From Eledone cirrhosa (taxonomy: Eukaryota), in the NCBI GenBank assembly GCA_964016885.1, contig OZ024741.1, forward strand, positions 112,654,001 through 112,718,000: a stretch of DNA of 64,000 bases, given 5' to 3'. A model generated the notes under the pieces. It worked only from the letters and a program-made list of their open reading frames with translations. It searched no databases and was not told the DNA's origin. The translations under genes and the position numbers were made by a program. The first letter of the stretch is position 1. Each line of letters opens with the position of its first letter. This document shows positions 13,268 through 26,432 of this stretch, one piece after another.

Positions 13268-13407
13268 GACGCCATGCTTTCCTTTACAATCTGAGTTCAA
13301 ATCCCGCTGAGGTTGACTTTGCCTTTCATCCTTACGGGGTCGATAAAATAAAGTACCAGTAATGCACTGGGTAATTGCTGGCCTTGTGCCTAAAGTAGAG
13401 ACAATTA
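13268..13407 (+). mobile_element. 5'-truncated SINE family A copy
   Basis: B box plus core and tail matching the 12709-12897 copy. Confidence 0.85.
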
Positions 13408-14832
13408 TATACTTCACAAAGACCTCTTTAACAAAAGCAGCTACACGTTCTAAACAGAATTGATTTAGTTCTCTGTATACTTCACTGTTACTTGCAGTAT
13501 GAGTCCTTTATCTGGGAGCTGTTGCTGGCAATCCTTTATTTTTTAGTTCATTCACAGATTGTATGGGGTTTTCCTCCTCTAATTCATATATTTTATAAAG
13601 CAATTAGTGTTGCCGTTTTTAACAAACATACATTTCAGAGAATCACACACTTTAGCATACTTTTTCAAAGATTTTTGACAGAGCTGTTTTATTTATTTAC
13701 TTTTTGTTTTATTTCTGTTTCTCCTCTTTTCTACTTCTGTTACACAGTCTGGCAGCTTTTCCCAACCTCCATTTCATTCTCTTTATCCCCAATGTATGGG
13801 GTGGTACTTTTAGTAGAAGTTTTTGCATTTTCACCTTGGAAATCAAGCATGCTGTAGTTTTCTCTATTATCCTAGATTTAGGGCCTTAGCCTTAGCCTTT
13901 TTCCCTTCAGGAACTGAGGTCGGAGTAAATTTCCTTGCCCTCATTGTAAATGGAACTGGTGGTATGACTTATGGTGCTAGTACAGGTACAGAACTTCATT
14001 ACTTATTTCATATACTCAAGTAGCTTTTCCTTTTGCAGGTTTTACTTTCTGCCCTATACCATCAGTCATATTGTTTTTGAATTCATGCCCATTGTGAGAT
14101 AGAGTTCTGGAATGGTCTTGTGGTGTTGAGAAATCCTGACTGATTCCTCCTAACCACATAACCTTTCTCATTACTTTAGCACTTATTACATGCCAATATT
14201 GTTTAACAAAGGTAATTATGATCGAGCAACCCAGTGTCGTTTGCTATGCCTCTATCTTTTACCTTTGTTTTGCACCTACCGATATACTGCGATACAAGCT
14301 TGTGGGCTGGAGTCATGTGCACTATTTCTGCTTGCTTCTTTGCTTCATTCTAACACCCACAAATTGAGCAGGTGGCTCCATAGGATGTGTGCCTTTTATG
14401 CTTAAAACCTTAGTCCAGACATCAGAGAGAAGTTTTTAAAATCATTTTTTGGAGACAGAAACTTCTCCCTCTGAGATAAATTTTCTTTTTTTTTCTTTAA
14501 AGTGTTTGTCTTTCTGTAAACTAATTTCAGTATTTTCATTGCGTACAACTGTGGTTTGTTTTGAATCAGCATCTGTCATGCTAATTCCTCTTTTGTCCAT
14601 ACCTCTCACTGCATCTAACATCAGCATGTCAACCTTTATGTAAACATTAACAAGAAATGTCATTAAAAAAAAAAATTGTTTTTCCCAAATACTTGATGGG
14701 TGTCCCCTTACTTGCAAAATAAGCAGAAAGCATAAAAAATTCATCCAGTAAAACTTGGTAAAAACTCAATCTCATCACAGCTGCTTGAAGTAGCATCCAT
14801 ACATATCAGTAACTAACATATATATATATATA

Positions 14833-16745
14833 TTGCATTTTGTTCAATAAGGACCCAATAATAAATATAAGATTTGAACTAGTGACCAAATGTATGAACT
14901 GCATACAAAAATAGTACCTATGCCTCCAACTAACACATAATTGTGGAGGCCAATGATCCACATTTACCAAGCGCTGGAACCTTGAACCACCTGGCATTTA
15001 AGCCCACGTAGTGACTTGTACTTGGACTAGGCCCCAAACACATGCACTTCCCCCGGGTACCCACATGTGGAGACCCCAGGTCTACACCCCACTCTCCCAC
15101 AACTCACCTAGTATATCCACCTACTACCTACAATGTACCGTTGACTAACCACTACATACCTCGTAAGTTTCCTTTTACTACTATGCGTCCAATTTATATA
15201 TGTGCAGATAATTTTACCACATCCTCTTCCCTGGTTCTTGCATTGGTATATGAATGTAGCATGTACATATGTATGATACATTTAGGCACATGTGTGCAGA
15301 TAATTATACCATCTCTCTCAATACGGACATACATGGGCCTGTGTATAAATGCATGTGGGATTGTGTATGAATGTGCATGTGTGTGTGTGCGTAAGTATAT
15401 ATATAAATATATATATATATGAGTGTGCACTTTCAGGTATGTGAATGTGCTTATGCGTACATACTTTGTCCACTCATCTATCCACCTTGTGTACGTAATT
15501 TTCATACTTTACTCTCTCACCTATCCACTTACACATTTATTTACTCTCTAAACTTTACCTCACTCTATTCCTTTCATTAAAGTATTAATTGATTTATTTA
15601 TTCATGAATTTCTATGTAAAACCATTTTAAACTCCCCAGTATACTTGTGAATGCTTGTGTGCATGTAGTATTCATACATATAATACACAAACTTTATCAC
15701 AAGTTACTCTCCTATATTATCCACTATATTATTTATTTGTAAACCCTTAACTTTTACTTGATCTTATTTTATCTTATTTTATTCTACTCATTCACCTAGT
15801 TACTAACTTATTTATCCACTTGCTCATTTACTTCTAAATAACTCACTTTTTATTTTATTCTTTTTTTAAACCTCTAAGCCCAGTCAGTACACAGTCTTAC
15901 CCCTGACCCGTCCACCCCTATTCATATGACCATTATAACCCTCCTCCTACTACTCCACTCCAACCCACTAACTACCCTTACCCCCACCCATAGTTCTTCT
16001 TTCTCCTGACCCCCTAACCTGTTTAGATACACTTACCATTCTTTGGACCCCCACTTTCTCCACCAGCCCAGTTTACTACTATAATAAATTCGATCAAAGC
16101 ACTATCAAGAACAATGATCAATTTTACACACCCTGCAAATATTATTACACTTTTGGAAAAGCTTGCTGAACACACAAGCTGAAAACGCTTGGCACCACGG
16201 CCGGTATTTTACCTATCTCTATACCCATTCTGCATCTTCCCATGCATTGTGTACTCCCATAATTAGTTGTCTCCCCAGTCTCAGCATTGCAGACTCTATA
16301 TATCCCTTATCTCCTTCGGTAGAACACTTTTTCTGACCCTAATCCAACTACCCACTGATTACCTACCCACCATAATGGAAAAGGAGACCATTGATTTCTC
16401 CACCAAAACCATACCCTTTCCTACCAGGAATGTATACCTCAGACTCCTGCTGCAGAAGATTGACATCTTAATCAAAAGACTAAGATGGTATGAATTCTTC
16501 TTCAACCAACACAATCAGCAGCATGATAACCTCCAAAAGAGAGAGACTTATGGGTTTAAATCCACATTGACACCCCCTACCAATCCACTACTGGCTGGCT
16601 TTGAGCCAGAGCTCTTCTTTCTGATCAAGAGTATTAAATTCAAAAGGGACCACAATGAGTTCCAGAGGAAACTTCGACAATTCACCAGGGAACTCAAGAA
16701 CAAGAGCGACCTCCTGCTACATTCAGATAAAATGAACAACCTATA
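14833..16745 (+). mobile_element. Naiad-type PLE remnant: ORF C-terminus, long UTR/pLTR, then N-terminus of the ORF
   Basis: 14834-14893 CILFNKDPIINIRFELVTKC aligns with MLFSTDQLLNKKDELVTAC at the end of the 26728-28782 ORF; 16375-16745 IDFSTKTIPFP...KRLRW...YGFKS...HSDKMNNLY aligns with the N-terminus of the same element. Confidence 0.75.
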
Positions 16746-16763
16746 TATACATATGTATGTTGT

Positions 16764-17362
16764 TAAATGAACTAAGAGTGAGATTAACTATAAGAAGAAT
16801 CAAATGCTGTGTGCAGGAGAGGAGATTACGTTGGTATAAACATGTGATGTGTATGAAGGATGACAGCTGTATACAAGTGGGCAGAGTACTCAAAGTCGAT
16901 GGAAGCCTTGGAGTGGAGAGACCCAGGAAGACTTGGGATGAGGTGATAAAAGCTGACTTTGCTCAATCGCACCTCTCACAGGTGATGAAACAGGATTGAG
17001 ATCTCTGGCTTTACACAGTGGTACAGAAGACCCGACTTCTCATGGGCACAGGCCAAAGCTGAAGCACATACATACAGTATGCCCCCACTCAACCCCATCC
17101 TACCCTCCCACATGTAGGTGTCATGACAAAAAGCACCTAGCCCACACTGTAAATTCGTTGTGTAGGTGTCACAACAAAAGGAACCCAGTACTCACTGTAA
17201 ATGAGGTTGGTGCTAGTGAGGGTAGCCAGCTATAGAAACCAAGGCCAAATCAGTTCTGTATGAACAAGATATGGTCACTTGACCTAGCATTGCCCACAAC
17301 CGGACAACTCGTCTAACCTATGCTAGTGTGGAAAATGGACATAAAACAGCAATGATGATGAT
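16764..17362 (+). mobile_element. RTE LINE 3' fragment (UTR type B)
   Basis: NELR...ERRLRWYKHV...RPRKTWDE followed by 3' UTR and GAT tail. Confidence 0.9.
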
Positions 17363-18386
17363 ATGTATGTGTGTTTTTTTTTGTTTTTCTAAAATCTTAA
17401 GAAGTATCAAATTTTTATTTTATTTTTCTATGACTAAATTTTAAAATATGAACAAAGTTAAAAGTGCCATCGTTTTAAGTTCACTGGCTTGGATTGAACA
17501 GATTGCTACAGTCTGACACTAAATGTGTCAGAGTACCATATCTTACCTATACATTCCATGTTTTGACATGGTTTAAAAGATGGTTGCTCTTTCTAACACC
17601 AACCAGTTTACAGAGTGTACTGGTTGTATTTTATCATGCTACTACACAGTCAAAGAAAATGTCAAGACAAAGTTTTTTCCATCTTAAGAAAATGGGGTGG
17701 ATATCAAATAATCCCTCAAAAGCTCTTGTCAGTAGTAAAAAAAAAAAAATTGCTTTTTCAAGTAAATTCTCATATGTAACTGCATGCACATCTATGCAGA
17801 GAACAACACAAATAATGATGATGATGATAACAATTCAGTTGATATTTGTGTTTCATTACTCCTATTTTACAAATTACTTCTTTTTTGTTATTTGTATATA
17901 TATATATATACATTTGTATATTTTCTGTATATGTCTTACTAAACTTCTCCTGTCGATCCACTGGCATATTTTCCTAATCAATCATTTTTCTATTGTATCT
18001 TGTGATGGCTTTCTATCATTCATGTCATAGATTATCTCTTCAATCTTGTCAAGTTTTTCTTGGACACCTTTCAATATTTTTCTTGTCAGTTGTGTCAAAT
18101 AGTATATTTCTGAAGTTCTATTTCACTCTCTATTTTATACTTCAAAATAATGACTGATAAATGATGCAATGATAGTCTGCATGCACGAACTGAAAACTCA
18201 ATTTGTTGTTCCTGTTTAGCCACAGGTGAGCTTTGATTGAGCAGACCTATGGTCAAAGGTATTCCAATCATAACTATTCAGACACTTCTTGTTTTCAAAC
18301 AGTATATCAAAGAGAAAGAAATTGTAAGCGATGCTTCTGATATAAGCTTACAGACAATGATAAATACAAAGATCTCTTAAATTATT

Positions 18387-18440
<54 letters not shown>

Positions 18441-19229
18441 CCATATATATACACATATAATTTTGCACCTGTTTCTACTTGCTGGTGTGTCAGTTGGATG
18501 GTTATTGACCAAATCAGTACTTATTTGGTGCTATTATCCTCCAAGCTATGTTATGAGACCATGCTTCACAGATGTTCCAGTTTTGGCATAGTTTCTATGC
18601 CTGGATGCCTTTTCAATATCAACTACTTTACAATGTGTACTGGGTGAATTTTATCATGGTGCTAACATTAGGGATGTTCTTCTACCTTTTCACCCTACTG
18701 AAGAGCTTACTGAACCCTTTTTTGGCATGGTTTCTTTATATTTGGTGGAAATATACAGTAGAAGGAAGCTACAGTATAGGAAGGCCAAGGTAGACATGCA
18801 GATGACGTGACCAACGAATGCAGTAGGTGGAAATTACCTCTGCAGCCCACGCAAGCATGGAAGAGCTGATGATGATCTTGATATATTTGATTAAGCTTTA
18901 TATATTTGATTAAGCAGTTAACTGTAGCAAGATGGCCTTCCTGATGCAAATCCTTACTTGTTTCAATTATGGTAATAGAAAACTAGTAGGATACCGCTTC
19001 ACTAATCTTCATCAGTTAAACCACTGAACTGTATTGTTTCTGCAGAACATAAACAAACATTAATGGTTACCCAAATGGTGTGAATACAAAGACTCACATA
19101 GACACACTCATAATGCAACATTTTTTTACATAGACATTCCTCAACTTGAGGCTTTAGCAGTGGACTCAACTCCCAAACTACAGGGTACTGAAGCAAACTT
19201 CTTAACTGTACATCATTGAATATAGCAGA

Positions 19230-20100
19230 AACATTATATTATCTAATTTGAGGAAATGCATGCACTCCATTATATATATGGTGTTATGGTTGCTTGAAAG
19301 CAGTTGTTAAGTGGTTCAAGAAGAATTGGAAATAATTTATTTTACTGGTGCTCTAATTGTTAACCACTTCTGTGCACCTGCTATACACAATGTCTCTTTT
19401 CTCTGTCAGCCCACTTGTGATCTTATTGCACATTTTGTGCACTCATAATTTTGATTAAGTAAACTGTGAAGAGATCTGACTTACACCTTTTCTATATATT
19501 CAGAATAACTTGGTATAACTCCACTCTGTATCTCATCTAAGCTACTCTCTCTTCCTAATTAATTGTGCTCAGTCTCTTTCTGTTACTTTTATATCTATGG
19601 CCAATCAGTTTGAGTCCTCTGTAGTTGCTTATTTCTAGATCATTTCTGTCCTTGTAGCAGTTTATGATGATTTTGCTATATCAGTCATTAGGTATAATAT
19701 CACCTACTAGCTGGTTGAATATGTGACTAGCCTGAATCCTACTGACCCAGAGACATTTAGTATTTTTTCTCAAGCCTTTTAGTATCTAGGTTTTTGTGCT
19801 CAGGAGATAAGGGTGGGTTTCAGAATATTCTGAATGGACACTCTTTTGCAAGGAACGTATTTCAGGACGTTTTTTTAATAAAGTCTGTTTTCAAAATCTG
19901 CTGGTGCACCATTGAAACCTAGGTGGCAGTGTCATTTAATCCCACCCCTTACTTCCTTGGCACTATGGCCACCTTGGCTGTTATCCTTGATGAACCATCA
20001 GCTTTCTCTGCTTCCACATGCTTAATGATCATTTTGACCATATAACACTCCACCACTTCAAAAGCTGGCACCTACACTAGATTTACTGGGGGTATTCCTT
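19230..20100 (-). mobile_element. Highly degenerate internal RTE RT fragment
   Basis: Minus strand SKIIINCYK...SNYRGLKLI...KVTER...LDEIQ matches SSIIVNCYK...SNYRGIKLI...KVTER...LDEMQ of the 8091 ORF. Confidence 0.75.
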
Positions 20101-20834
20101 TGAAACTATGTAAGCCTTGTGCAATATAATAATTAATTATTCAATTATTTTTTTTCAGAATTTTAAGATAAGTTAATAGGTTATGTTCTAATGCTTTTGT
20201 TAATGATACTGCATGGTTTGAGAATAAATTACAACATAGAAAACAGCTTGAACTTTTTCTGTAAAGATAATGGTGAAGATAATGTATAAGCTGGAGACTT
20301 AGTTACATTCCTGTCATTTGTGTCGGTTTAGATTCACTCTAAGAACTCAGTCACTGCCCCAATCAAAGGAATTATCTTTAAGATAGTTAATCCTTTGCTT
20401 TAATATTTAGATAATCTTCTCACTATTAAAATGATTGACCAAGAAAATATATTTAATTGGAGAAGAAATTTCAGATTTCAGAAAGGTTGCTATCATCAAT
20501 GCTAGATGGGTGAGATTTAAGTTAGAATTGTAATGTTGCTACAACATAATATATATATTGTGTGTGTCATTTGTATGAGAATATTAAAGAGATAAATAGA
20601 GAGCATGACAGATGAAAGGAAAAATATGTAGAAATAATAGGAGAGAATACATTCATAGTTATTGTTTGATGCATTTATTGTATTGAATGTCTGGTCATGG
20701 AATGTGTGATAGGTAACAGGGTTTTAGGTAATGATGTGTAGGCATTACATGTTCTGGTTGGAAAGTAGATATGTTTACATATTATATTCTTATCTAAAAA
20801 CAATTGTAAAGTCTGTCTCGAGTATAGAGGCTCA

Positions 20835-20953
20835 TCAGACCAGTGCTTATCCCAATTTCTGAGGCATAAAGCAACTGGGAGTACAAGACTCTTCCCTAGA
20901 CAAGATGCCAGTCCATCACAGAGTTAAATCCCAAGCTATTGCTGGTACTCATT
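20835..20953 (-). mobile_element. Ancient SINE core fragment (different family)
   Basis: Reverse complement aatgagtaccagc...ctgtgatggactggcatcttgtctaggg...gttgctttatgc...gaaattgggataagc resembles the conserved central domains of metazoan SINEs. Confidence 0.45.
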
Positions 20954-21123
20954 CTCTAAGGTAACTCTATATCATGTTATTATTTTTATTTTATACGCTA
21001 CGCTCTTTTCTACACACTATTCATCTCATTCTACATTTCCTCTCTCTTCACCAACGGATTCTGTAACCCGGAGATTTACCCATCTACATTATTGAGGCTT
21101 CCAAAACGACCATATATATATAT

Positions 21124-21890
21124 ATCATCATCATCACCGTTTTACGTCCATTCTTCCATGCTAGCATGGTTTAGACAGGTTGTCCTGTTGTTGGCAATGT
21201 TAGGCCGGGTGACCATGTCTTGCTCATATGGGAGCTGATTTTTGCTTGATTTCTACAGCTGGATGCCCTTCCTAACACCAACCTCATTTAGTGAGTGCTG
21301 GGTGCTTTTTTCCGTGGCACCTACACTACCACTTTGCAGTGGGAGAGGATTGGGGCATACTGTCTATATGTTTCGGCTTCGGCTTGTTCCCATGGGAAGT
21401 CGGGTCTTCTGTATTACTGTATGGTGCCACAGGTCACGGTCCTCTGTCATCGTCGCTGAGAGGTGCAATTGGGCAAGGTCCGCTTTTATTACCTTGTCCC
21501 AGGTCTTCTTGGGTCTCCTCACTCCATGGCTTCCATCAACCTTTAGTGCTCTGCACCTTTTTATGCAGCTGTGATCCTTCATATGCATCACTTGTCCATA
21601 CCAATGCATCCGCCTCTCCTGCATACAGCATTTGATTCCTCTTATGCTCAGTCTCTCTCTCAGTTCATTTATGCTTTGCCATACGTGTATATTACTATGA
21701 CACATCCATCAGAACATTCAAGCTTCGTTTCTTTCTAATCTACGCAAGTCTTCTACACACAACACCCAGGTCTCACTACCATGTAACATTGCTGTTCATA
21801 TACATGCATCATACAGTCTGCCTTTCATTTTGAGGGAAAAGCCTTTTGCAGCTAGCAGTGGCAGCAGCTCCCTGAATTTCTTCCATCCCA
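21124..21890 (-). mobile_element. RTE LINE 3' fragment (UTR type B)
   Basis: [12 protein letters not shown]...LHGSETW...RRPKKTWD on - strand; (ATC)n tail at 21124. Confidence 0.9.
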
Positions 21891-21930
21891 TATATATAAA
21901 CACACACACACACATTCTGACATTAACATA

Positions 21931-22024
21931 GAGGTTGTCTCCAAAAAATGTATACACACTTCAACAGCATTGTAATAAATATTGTCTATACAGGTAATTA
22001 ATGTGTATACATTTTTGGGACACC

Positions 22025-22027
<3 letters not shown>
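21931..22027. mobile_element. Tc1/mariner-type MITE (97 bp)
   Basis: Imperfect TIRs gaggttgtctccaaaaaatgtatacac / gtgtatacatttttgggacaccctg with TA on both flanks. Confidence 0.65.
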
Positions 22028-22064
<37 letters not shown>

Positions 22065-22081
22065 TTATCTATTTATTTATT

Positions 22082-23147
22082 TATAGTAAGGGGCTAGCTG
22101 AACAAGGATGTGCAGACAACTTAATGGTCTGTCGGTTGTGAAGTAGATAAAGGAAAGCGACAGCAACCTCTATAAAAGTGTAAGCCGGAGTATTATATAT
22201 CAATAAAAATCCGAGACAGTATTCATTTGGTTTTGGTTTATTAAAATCCATAATATACATTTTGCTGAGGACTTTCAATTATGACAGTCTGATCTTCTCA
22301 ATCGGTAAACCCATAAAACAACAAAATATTATTAAAAAAACCTTTAGATTTGGAAAAGGTTTACTTTTATTGATACAGGGGATCACCGGACATGTGATGT
22401 TATTTCCTTCATATTTATAATATTTCGTTGATTTATAAGTTCATTATTTGAGAAGTATACACGCATACACACACACACACATATTTATATGTGCGTGGTT
22501 TTGTATACCTATGGTAAGTGTTTTGCGTATGCTTGTGTATGTACGTATTTGTTCGCGTGTATGTATTTATTTATTTCTATTACTTCTGTATTGTATTTAT
22601 TTACTTTGTTCTTAACTCTGTAGCGGAGATTCATTCGATCTCCTAGTTAGAATTTTAGTCTACGACTTCTGCTATACCATTTACGTGGTTTTGTCTTTGC
22701 GTGCTATTGTTCTCTACGCTCCACATATGACTTATTATCTTCGTTTTTTTCGTTCATTGCCAGAGAACGTCTCTATGAACCACCAAAGAGAACATTAGTC
22801 TACGACCTCTTTTATACCATAAACGTAGTTCTGTCTTTGCGCGTAATTGTTTTTCACTGCTCCTATTAATGACGTATTATTCGTTTTTTCCCGTTCTTTG
22901 CCAGCGAACGTTTCCACGAACCAAAGTATCGTCTTCCTGTCTTCCTCCGGTCGCAACGTTTTTTGAAATATCCACTTCTGCGTTTACAGATTGACTTTGT
23001 TAGTTTCAGAAGATCCCGTTAAGGGTGAAAGCAGCGATTCTTTGCTTAAACTTTAATCTGTTATTTTAATAAATATTTGCTCTACGGTTCTTATATATTT
23101 GATATATATTTATCCTTATCGAGCCCTCTTTGGATTTTAGTCTTCAA

Positions 23148-23150
<3 letters not shown>
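22082..23150 (+). mobile_element. Unclassified PLE-like remnant ending in an HHR-bearing pLTR
   Basis: Flanked by (TA)n/(TAT)n; internal duplication with about 140-bp period (22655/22795); 23003-23150 repeated at 33878-34030; no convincing ORF. Confidence 0.5.
23002..23052 (+). ncRNA. Type I hammerhead ribozyme-like motif, variant core CAGAAGA
   Basis: Stem I agttt/aaact; core CAGAAGA; stem II t-ccc-gttaa-ggg-t; GAAA; stem III AGCAG/TTGCT; predicted site CUU (23047). Confidence 0.55.
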
Positions 23151-23237
<87 letters not shown>

Positions 23238-25210
23238 ATTATTCATTCTCTATTTATTTATCATGTAATTATAACCCCATGTAAGTTACATTCCCAGCTT
23301 CATAATTAGTGTAGATTATTTCCTTTGTACTGATATAATTTAGTCTGTGAAATATCTTAAGTCAGAACATTTCTCACACTAGTAAATTAAAACATACAAT
23401 ATAAATTATTTGAATTCAAATGAACTAAAAAGATTTAATTGGATGAGCTATTCATCCAAGAATGAACGTTCTTTCATTCTTAGTTAGTCTAATGAAACAG
23501 TCATAAGTCTATTAAATATTTTATTAATAATAATTGTCTTAATATTTGTTTTATATATATGTGTATGTATGTGTGTATGCATATGTGTGTGTGCACACAT
23601 ATATGAACATTTGTGTATGGTTTGCTTGCTACTGATAGGCATACCACTTTAGCATGAAAATATTACAAATTTAGTGAATGTTATATATGGATGTTGCATG
23701 GTAACCTAACAGCCTAGTTGCTTGACCATATCTAGTTCACATCTAACTAAAGCTGAGTTCTTGCTTTTCTAATAAAATGTTTTAAAAATCACTAGTACTG
23801 TACTAGGGGTAATTCAATGTACGACAACCTAATTTAACTAAACATTGACTTTGTGCATAGCATTCAATGCCAGCCAAAGTTGATCTTTTGCCATAATGGA
23901 TATAGGATTTGAATAGCATTTTAACATTGTTTTAGTTTTGTCAGTTGTTGTCCTACAATGTCAATGGTTCAAAAGGGTACATTAAGTTTCCAAGGCAGAC
24001 TATCATATCAATGGAAAGAATGGCAGGATTTCTATTATCATATCAATGGCAAATAATGACAAGATTTCTATTGTTATATCAATAGATGTAATGACAGAGT
24101 GCTCTCTTCTTTCTTTCCCTTAACAAATGACCACTGATTGCAGTTCAAAGACTTCAAATTCTGCTGAACTGGTTGTGCTCTAGCTGTGGGCAAAGCTCAT
24201 TGATGATGGAACCTCTGTTAAGATGTTTCAATGATGACCATTCTTTTCTTCAATCAACTTAGAGTCCAACTCCAACTCAGAGTCCAACTCCAGATCAATC
24301 TCCAACTCATTTGTTAATCATCATCATAATTTTCATCATCGTTTAACATCTGTTTTCCCTGCTAGCAAGGATTAAACATGTCATCACATATTCTAGCAGA
24401 GCCACTGACTTCTAGGTCGGCCAGAGACATGCATACTGTTTACATGTGTTCTCAAACTGTTTCGATTGTTCCAACATTCCTGAGACCTGGTATACAATCC
24501 TGCACTCTAGTGAGTGCATTTTATTGTGGTGTCAACACTAAAGATATCATCAGGTCTTTGACAAAGCTGAAGAGTCCTCCCAACCCTTTTGTAACAGGTT
24601 TTCTATAGGTGGATGGTCTTCCTATCACCAACCAATTTACAGACTGTACTGGGTATATTTATCATATAGATCACCAACACAAAGGATGTTGCCATGTCTA
24701 TAGCATTACTGACAAATCCTCCCATTCCTTTGTTTAGCAAGTTTTATATGGCTGGATGACCTTCCTACCACCAATCACTTTACATAGTGAACGGGATGCA
24801 TATATCTTGTAGAACACCAACATTAGGGAAGATATCATGTTTATGTTTGGCAACTTTTCAATTGCTGGATCCTCTCTCTCATTCTGATTTCATGAAGCTA
24901 CATCTTGGGTTAGATTTGGGAGATGTATTTATATGGGGAGTTGTTTCATTGCAAAGACCTCAGTAGATGTGTCCCTGTACTACATCTAAAAGGAGCTGTA
25001 GTATTGTTATGAATGTCCATTTAGGGAGCTGTTTCTTTCTAAAGGCCTCACTAGAGGTGCTCCTTGACTACATCTGAAAGGGTTATAATTTTCTACAGAT
25101 GGATGCCATCCCTATCACCAACCAGTTTACGGACTCACTTAACAAAGGAAACAACATTCCTATACAGTATGATGACATTCATTGTCACTATCAACAATGA
25201 ACATTCACTT

Positions 25211-25324
25211 GTTTTATCAGTTAAAACAATGAAATAAAAATTAAAGTCATTAGAAATATACTTCACTGGTGTAGTATATTTCTAATGACTTGAATTTTTA
25301 TTTCATTGTTTTAACTGATAAAAC
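25211..25324. repeat. Near-perfect 114-bp palindrome
   Basis: gttttatcagttaaaac...aatatact / agtatatt...gttttaactgataaaac, one arm mismatch. Confidence 0.92.
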
Positions 25325-25652
25325 TTATATCATGACTCTGTTTTCCTTTTGGTGTTTTATTGTTTTCGGGATTTATTTTCACCTACAATATTTTCAACAT
25401 ATGGATTACATTGAGTTCTTCATGCAGACTCGAGCCCACAATTAACCGTGGATATTTCTGTGTATATATACATACATATATTAGTAAATTTGTATTCCAA
25501 TGTTACTAAGTAGTTGCATTGGATGGAGTCAACCGACGTTTTTACATTATTCAAATAGCGAGGTATAGGTAACCCATACACTATAGAAACAATTGTTACC
25601 TAATAAATTCTTTATACCCGCATTTCCATTTCATAAACTTCTCCATATACAT

Positions 25653-25704
<52 letters not shown>

Positions 25705-25756
25705 GTATATATATATATATGTATATATGTATATATATATACATGTATATATGACC

Positions 25757-26141
25757 CCTTAGCCTTTGTCAAGGCAGAATTCTAGGAGAAGGAAAACTCT
25801 GATATAACACCTGCAACCCTGATGGTATCCAATGGTATCTTTTTGGTAAATATCATCTTGGTTAAGAGAGTGGGACTGGCTTTGTGCAGTGCCTTTACTC
25901 ACTATAAAAGCTTCACGGCACAGGCATTGCTTTATATCTGGAGATCTCTCTTCACTTGTCGTCACAAGGTACCATGGGCCCAGCACTATGTGTCAATAAT
26001 TGTCACAAGTGTAGTGTTTGTACCAGAGTTTTCAAGTCGCTGGCTGGACTAAAAAGTCACACTCGTTCAGCGCATCGGTAGGGGTTCTCCTACATGGATA
26101 TAAAGTAGTGGCCGTACTCGAAAACGAGTTGGCAGCCACCA
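25757..26141 (+). repeat. Unclassified interspersed repeat (second copy at about 36690-37090)
   Basis: Shared blocks aagcttca.(g)gcacaggcattgct, ggact.aaaagtcac, tactcgaaa..gagtt(g)gcagcca. Confidence 0.6.
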
Positions 26142-26145
26142 TGTA

Positions 26146-26206
<61 letters not shown>

Positions 26207-26335
26207 CAAAGAAAATATGGTAAGGAACCAGGTGGACCATAACGCACCAAAGTACTCAATACTTAGAATTATTATGTCTCAACAACAAACTTTTGACCAA
26301 TCCTTGTGACAATCACTTTTACCATATATGGAATT

Positions 26336-26432
26336 ACCCCCTGAGAAGCTCGGCTATTCAAATATAAAAAATCTAAATTTTTATTTAGTCCAGAATTAGC
26401 CGTCGAAACGGCTTGAGCTCAGCCGTCGGGGT
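26336..26432 (+). ncRNA. Type I hammerhead ribozyme-like motif in the 5' pLTR
   Basis: Stem I acccc/ggggt; core CTGAGAAG; long stem II ggctattc...gaattagcc; GAAA; stem III ACGGCT/AGCCGT around TGAGCTC; GUC site at 26427. Confidence 0.7.

Noticed and set aside
19484-20115. Apparent host exon with GTAAGT donor
   Set aside because: Translation matches the RTE reverse transcriptase; it is a decayed LINE
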